Source of the DNA: Candidatus Calescibacterium sp.
Lineage (GTDB): Bacteria; Calescibacteriota; Calescibacteriia; Calescibacteriales; Calescibacteriaceae
Assembly: GCA_032249135.1 (NCBI GenBank)
Contig: JAVVGL010000009.1
Location: 80 to 64,079, forward strand
Length of the DNA: 64,000 bases
Direction of reading: 5' to 3'
Under the pieces are notes generated by a model. The model worked only from the letters and a program-made list of their open reading frames with translations, had not been told where the DNA came from and ran no database searches. The translations under genes were made by a program, and so were the position numbers. This document shows, piece by piece, positions 60,010 through 64,000 of this stretch (positions are counted from its first letter, which is position 1; each line of letters opens with the position of its first letter).

Positions 60010-61974
60010 TTATCTTTCTGATAGCCATTTTTTTATTATGTATAAAGCAAGTTCCTTATTTTCTTTGATTATATCTTTCGCCACGCTTATTGCGGATTCA
60101 ATGTCAATTTCCGGTACAGGAGGAGGAGCTGCAACCTCTATTTCGGGAATTTCAATAGGCGGAGCAATCTCTATAGTTGGAACTCTTATTTCCTCAACAG
60201 GAGGTTTTTCCTCAACCGGGGGTTTTATCTCCTCTACAACTACCTCCTCTGGTGGTGGGGGAGGTGGTTTTACTTCTTCTTCGGGAGGTGGTTTTACTTC
60301 CTCTTCGCGAGGTGGTTTTACTTCTTCTTCGGGAGGTGGTGGGGATGGAATCTTTATTTCTGGTATTATTACAGGGATTTCCATTGGTTTTTCCGGGATA
60401 ATTATTTCAGGGATTACCGGGGGGGCAACTTCTATCGTTGGAGGAGGAGCTTCTGGGACTCTTACTTCCTCTATTTTTATTTCAATTGGAGGAACAGCTT
60501 CCGGGGGTGGGGGAGGTTTTTCATACTTGGGGATGACAACTTCAACTTCCTGGGGCAATCTCCTCTCAAATAATTTTTTAAAGATAAGATATAAAGATAT
60601 GAAAAATCCTATTGCTGCTATTGCAAGCCATTTGTACATGCTTGCTCTTTCCCTTGAGGTTTCAGTAAGTTGTAGCATAGCAAGCCTTTCCGCATATCTT
60701 ACAGAGCTCTCAAACGGTACAGATACTACGGATATTTGATCACCTCTTTGAGGGTTTATTCCTACTGCTGATTCAACGAAGCTTCTTATTTTTGCAAGTT
60801 CTTCGTCTGGCAAAGGTATGAATTTCACATAGGGTTTCCCATTTCGCCATTCTATATCATATTGACCATCTACCATGACTGCTACGGAAATTCTTTTTAT
60901 GTCTCCAACTTCTTCTTCAACATGCTCTACAATTTTTGAAATCTCATAATTTCTTATTCTTTCACTTCTTTCATATTCAGATTTTCCGGGTAGAGGTTCT
61001 ATTCCTATTTCTGGTGGAACATTCTCTCGGGTTCCTGGGGGACCGACGGGTACAGCTCCTATACCTTTAAATCTTTCATCTATTGTTTGTTCGCTTCTTA
61101 CAGCGGTTTCAAGTGGGTCATATCTTTCTGATACCCTTTTTACTTTTGTGTAATCAAGGTCAGCATCAACCTTTACTCCGACTTTTCCAGGTCCTATGCT
61201 TTTTTCAAGGAGTTCCGTTAGCTTTTCCTCCAGGTTCCTCTCAAATTGCCTTTCAATTTCAAGCTGGATTTGTGTTGCTTCAAGTGCTTGAAAATTTTCA
61301 TCTTGTTTTATCGGATGTAGAACTCTACCTCTTTGGTCAACAACTGTGACATTTTCCTTTTTCAGTCCTTCTACCGCGAATGAGACAAGATGTACAATTC
61401 CTTTAATTGAACCTGGTGGTAAAGTGCATCCCGGGGTTATCCATAACATAACGGATGCTGTTGGTTCTTTTTGTTCTTCTGTGAAAAGTTTTTTCTCGGG
61501 GAACGATATATGAACTCTTGCGTTTTCTACGCAGTTTATTTTTGTTATCGTTCTTTCAAGTTCTCCCTGAATAGCTCTTTGATAATTGACTTTTTGCATG
61601 AATTCTGTGAGACCGAATTTTGGTTTTTCAAAAATTTCAAGTCCAGCTCTTTCTTGTGGTAATCCTTTTGTTGCGAGTGTATTTCTTATATCTGGTATAA
61701 GTTCTTGTGGTACGAATATTGTATCAGCTGTGTCTGAAAGTTTGTAAGGTATTTTCATTCTTTCAAGTTCATCTATTATTTTTGATACATCGGGGGATTT
61801 AAGGTCTGTATATAAAACTCCCCATTTTATTTCCTGCTTTTTCGCTTTTGAGATATTGTAAATTGTAATACCTACTCCAAGTAGTAGAAAAAGTGAAGCA
61901 ATCCCAATAAGTACTGGGAGTGGGATTCTTCTTATGAATTCTCCTAAATTTTTAACTATGTCTTGTGCTCTCAT
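60010..61974 (-). CDS. fliF: Flagellar M-ring protein FliF with an expanded Pro/Glu-rich cytoplasmic linker
   Basis: N-terminal TM. YscJ/FliF ring motifs (LPQERAGLEIFEKP, YQRAIQGELERTI). Second TM, then about 150 aa of P/E/V/I-rich sequence, then the C-terminal FliG-binding-type helix (…LALYIIKKWLSE). Confidence 0.88.
   Translation of the reverse strand: MRAQDIVKNLGEFIRRIPLPVLIGIASLFLLLGVGITIYNISKAKKQEIKWGVLYTDLKSPDVSKIIDELERMKIPYKLSDTADTIFVPQELIPDIRNTLATKGLPQERAGLEIFEKPKFGLTEFMQKVNYQRAIQGELERTITKINCVENARVHISFPEKKLFTEEQKEPTASVMLWITPGCTLPPGSIKGIVHLVSFAVEGLKKENVTVVDQRGRVLHPIKQDENFQALEATQIQLEIERQFERNLEEKLTELLEKSIGPGKVGVKVDADLDYTKVKRVSERYDPLETAVRSEQTIDERFKGIGAVPVGPPGTRENVPPEIGIEPLPGKSEYERSERIRNYEISKIVEHVEEEVGDIKRISVAVMVDGQYDIEWRNGKPYVKFIPLPDEELAKIRSFVESAVGINPQRGDQISVVSVPFESSVRYAERLAMLQLTETSRERASMYKWLAIAAIGFFISLYLIFKKLFERRLPQEVEVVIPKYEKPPPPPEAVPPIEIKIEEVRVPEAPPPTIEVAPPVIPEIIIPEKPMEIPVIIPEIKIPSPPPPEEEVKPPREEEVKPPPEEEVKPPPPPPEEVVVEEIKPPVEEKPPVEEIRVPTIEIAPPIEIPEIEVAAPPPVPEIDIESAISVAKDIIKENKELALYIIKKWLSER
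60260..60331. repeat. 3 x 24-nt tandem repeat encoding EEEVKPP(P/R) inside fliF
   Basis: ggaggtggttttacttcttcttcg repeated three times with 1-2 mismatches. Confidence 0.9.
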
Positions 61975-62010
61975 TTTTATATTTTTTTATCTAACTAAGT
62001 GGCAAATATT

Positions 62011-62340
62011 TTAAAATTGCATACGCATTATGTTTTCAAAAGCTTGAACTGCTCTATTTCTTACTTCTAAAAATAACTGAAAGAGTATGTTTGCTTTTTC
62101 ACGAGCTATCATCACATCGTGAATATCTTCAACTTCTCCTAAAATCATTTTCATTGATTTTTCGCGAGCTTCTTTATCTGCTTCTTTTACTGTCTTTATG
62201 GCATCAGCTAACGATGAGAAAAAATTTTTTTCTTTTACCTCTTTTTTTTCTTGTATTTTATCCGGTGTTCTTGATTCAATTTCCTTTACTTTCTCTTGGA
62301 ATATCTTTTCAGTATCTATTTGTGGGAATTTTATTTCCAT
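62011..62340 (-). CDS. fliE: Flagellar hook-basal body complex protein FliE
   Basis: The C-terminal ANILFQLFLEVRNRAVQAFENIMRMQF matches the FliE signature. Position is next to fliF. Confidence 0.8.
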   Translation of the reverse strand: MEIKFPQIDTEKIFQEKVKEIESRTPDKIQEKKEVKEKNFFSSLADAIKTVKEADKEAREKSMKMILGEVEDIHDVMIAREKANILFQLFLEVRNRAVQAFENIMRMQF

Positions 62341-62382
62341 ATTAAAAATTTTACAATTCTTGCCCGATTTTATATCATGATT

Positions 62383-62622
62383 TTACTTCTCTTCGGCTTT
62401 TTCATTCTCAAAGATTATATTTCTCATAGCAATACCTTGGATGAAGCTTTTTATATTTGATATTTTTGAGTTTTCATTTTTCGCTTCCGTTTTTAGTTTT
62501 TTCTCAATATCTCTTATTTCTTCTTCAAATATTATGTTGAAGTTTTCTTTTGGGACCTCTTTTACTCTTTCACTAACTGATTTTATTGACTCAACTATTC
62601 CGCTAATTTTTTTCGTATCCAT
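62383..62622 (-). CDS. Hypothetical 79-aa protein between flgC and fliE
   Basis: ORF in the same orientation as the flagellar genes. Charged and helical-looking. No family recognised. Confidence 0.35.
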   Translation of the reverse strand: MDTKKISGIVESIKSVSERVKEVPKENFNIIFEEEIRDIEKKLKTEAKNENSKISNIKSFIQGIAMRNIIFENEKAEEK

Positions 62623-62623
62623 A

Positions 62624-62657
62624 CCTAACTAATAATTTAACCTAACTAATAATTTAA
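62624..62657. repeat. 2 x 17-nt perfect tandem duplication immediately upstream of the ORF 62383-62622 start
   Basis: cctaactaataatttaa occurs twice, back to back. Confidence 0.9.
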
Positions 62658-62689
62658 TTTTAAGTATTTTCTTTTTTCAATTCCTTGCT

Positions 62690-63223
62690 TTATGTTCTTC
62701 TACCTATTGCCAGAGCAGAATTTGCAATATCACGGCTCACATTTATAGCATTAACATTAGCTTCAAAAGCTCTTTGAGCTGATATTAGATTTACCATCTC
62801 TTCAATAGGGTTTATGTTGGGATAGGCAACATAGCCGTTCTCATCTGCATCCGGGTGTCCTGGTTCATATCTGAGAACTGGTGGTCTTGGGTCTTCAACT
62901 ATGCCTTCAACTTTTACCTCTGCCAAAGTAGAATCAACGGGGATTTTCGTAGGGAGTAATCTTTCTTTTATTCTTTCTCTGATAAAATCTGGAAGATAAA
63001 ACATATGGAAAACGAGTGGTCTGAGGTATATATTTTTTTCTACCCAAAATTCATCTTTTACGGGTTCTGCTTTGAATATAACTTCTTTTCTTGTGTACGG
63101 TCCTCCTTCTGGGGTTCTTGTAGTATGTATATTAGCAAGGTTTGATGCAATCGTATTTATTCTTATTCTTTCGGCTCTGAGTGCGGAGGAGGAGATTTTG
63201 AGCGCTTGGAAGAAAGCCTTCAT
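62690..63223 (-). CDS. flgC: Flagellar basal-body rod protein FlgC (with an internal insertion of about 40 aa)
   Basis: N-terminal SALRAERIRINTIASNLANIHTTRTPEGGPYTRK and C-terminal NINPIEEMVNLISAQRAFEANVNAI. 177 aa, compared with about 135-150 for typical FlgC. Confidence 0.88.
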   Translation of the reverse strand: MKAFFQALKISSSALRAERIRINTIASNLANIHTTRTPEGGPYTRKEVIFKAEPVKDEFWVEKNIYLRPLVFHMFYLPDFIRERIKERLLPTKIPVDSTLAEVKVEGIVEDPRPPVLRYEPGHPDADENGYVAYPNINPIEEMVNLISAQRAFEANVNAINVSRDIANSALAIGRRT

Positions 63224-63313
63224 ATAAATTTTGAAGCAAAAAATATTCCATGAGGAAAATTTTTCCTATTTTTTTGTGAAAATTTAGATTTTTGTTCCCT
63301 TATTTCTTTTCTT

Positions 63314-63580
63314 TTATTTCCTCAATCCAAGTTTGCTTATAACAAATTGGTATCTTTCCGGATTTGTTCTTGAAAGGTAGTCAAGAAGTTTTCTTCTTCT
63401 TGCTATGAGTATAAATAATCTTCTTTTTGCTGAATAGTCGTGTTTGTGATTTTTGAGATGCTCTTCCAAAATTTTTATTCTCTTTGTAAGTAGCGCTATT
63501 TGGACCTCCGGGGAACCAACATCATTCTCATGTCTTCCAAATTCTTTTATAACTTCCTTCTTTTCTTCGGGTAGTAACAT
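63314..63580 (-). CDS. rpsO: 30S ribosomal protein S15
   Basis: GSPEVQIALLTKRIKILEEHLKNHKHDYSAKRRLFILIARRRKLLDYL. Confidence 0.95.
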   Translation of the reverse strand: MLLPEEKKEVIKEFGRHENDVGSPEVQIALLTKRIKILEEHLKNHKHDYSAKRRLFILIARRRKLLDYLSRTNPERYQFVISKLGLRK

Positions 63581-63675
63581 ACCTTATTTTTCTAATGTTT
63601 GGAACAAAGTTTTCTTAATTTCCTGATCTTTTTACTTCTTCTCTTTAATTTTTCTTCTATTTTTCCTTTTATTTT

Positions 63676-64000
63676 TTACTTTTTGGTTGCGGATTCAAAT
63701 CGTGTTATTACAACATTCCAATCAATTGCGTTAAAGAAGGCTTCTATGTAGTCAGCTCTTTTGAGACCATAATCTATCATGAAAGCGTGTTCAAATACAT
63801 CCATAATGAGAATGATAGGGCAAGCTGCGAGGTGTCCTACATCATGTTCGTTTATCCATGTGTTAAAAAGTTTTTTTGCTATTGGATCATAATAAAGAAC
63901 CGCCCAACCTATACCTCTCATAGCTCCTGTTGATTTGAAATCTTTTTCCCAGTTTTCCCAAGAGCCAAAGTCCTCTTGAATTTTTCTGTAAAATGCGGAG
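63676..64000 (-). CDS. Fe/Mn superoxide dismutase, C-terminal part (5' end lies beyond the window)
   Basis: The frame is open to base 64000 (…FGSWENWEKDFKSTGAMRGIGWAVLYYD…). The metal-ligand motif appears as DVFEHAFMIDY. Confidence 0.82.
   Translation of the reverse strand, partial: SAFYRKIQEDFGSWENWEKDFKSTGAMRGIGWAVLYYDPIAKKLFNTWINEHDVGHLAACPIILIMDVFEHAFMIDYGLKRADYIEAFFNAIDWNVVITRFESATKK

Noticed and set aside
60038-60739. 233-aa Gly/Ser/Thr-rich ORF on the + strand
   Set aside because: It is the mirror image of the Pro/Glu-rich fliF linker. The fliF reading frame is supported by conserved FliF motifs on both sides.
1-64000. Search for CRISPR arrays, rRNA genes, intact IS elements, integrases, reverse transcriptases (retron, DGR, group II intron) and known defence-system genes
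   Set aside because: I saw no regularly spaced direct repeats and no rRNA-like GC-rich blocks. No ORF has transposase, integrase or RT motifs. The only mobile-type signals are the Rpn-like nuclease and TA fragments reported above.

Overview
This 64 kb window looks like ordinary chromosome from a visibly AT-rich bacterium; GC content was judged by eye, not computed. The proteome is rich in Lys, Glu and Ile, and the single tRNA is very GC-rich. Together these suggest a thermophile, but that is inference. The organism is diderm (porin, OstA-like protein, lipoproteins) and flagellated (fliF, fliE, flgC). Most genes are recognisable housekeeping genes scattered singly rather than in pathway operons: dnaJ, frr, tsaC/sua5, nadC, a porin-pstS-phoU phosphate cluster, galE, recJ, pnp, yebC, hisF, thiL, nfi, hom, purD, glgB, trpB, dnaG-rpoD, asd, rpsO and a partial Fe/Mn SOD. 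I found one tRNA (Tyr-GTA). I found no rRNA, no CRISPR array, no reverse transcriptase, no integrase or transposase of a classical IS, and no recognisable defence island. I cannot point to a clearly novel system. The most unusual loci are listed here and detailed in the findings. (1) A lipoprotein / GAF-HD-GYP / beta-barrel-like secreted protein trio with a start-stop overlap (15.3-20.6 kb). (2) A GC-rich, foldable intergenic island (35.89-36.00 kb). (3) A decayed toxin-antitoxin patch in which a two-gene cassette sits between 68-bp direct repeats (1.66-2.59 kb). (4) A 27-nt copy of the tRNA-Tyr 3' end between the porin and pstS genes. (5) A CheD-like protein that seems to lack the catalytic Cys, paired with an HDOD protein. 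(6) A FliF with a long Pro/Glu-rich linker of about 150 aa. (7) An RNase H-domain gene wedged into the pho cluster. (8) Two PD-(D/E)XK-type genes flanking pnp, one doubly frameshifted and one with a degenerate partial copy next to it. All family assignments come from motif recognition by eye and need HMM or BLAST confirmation.
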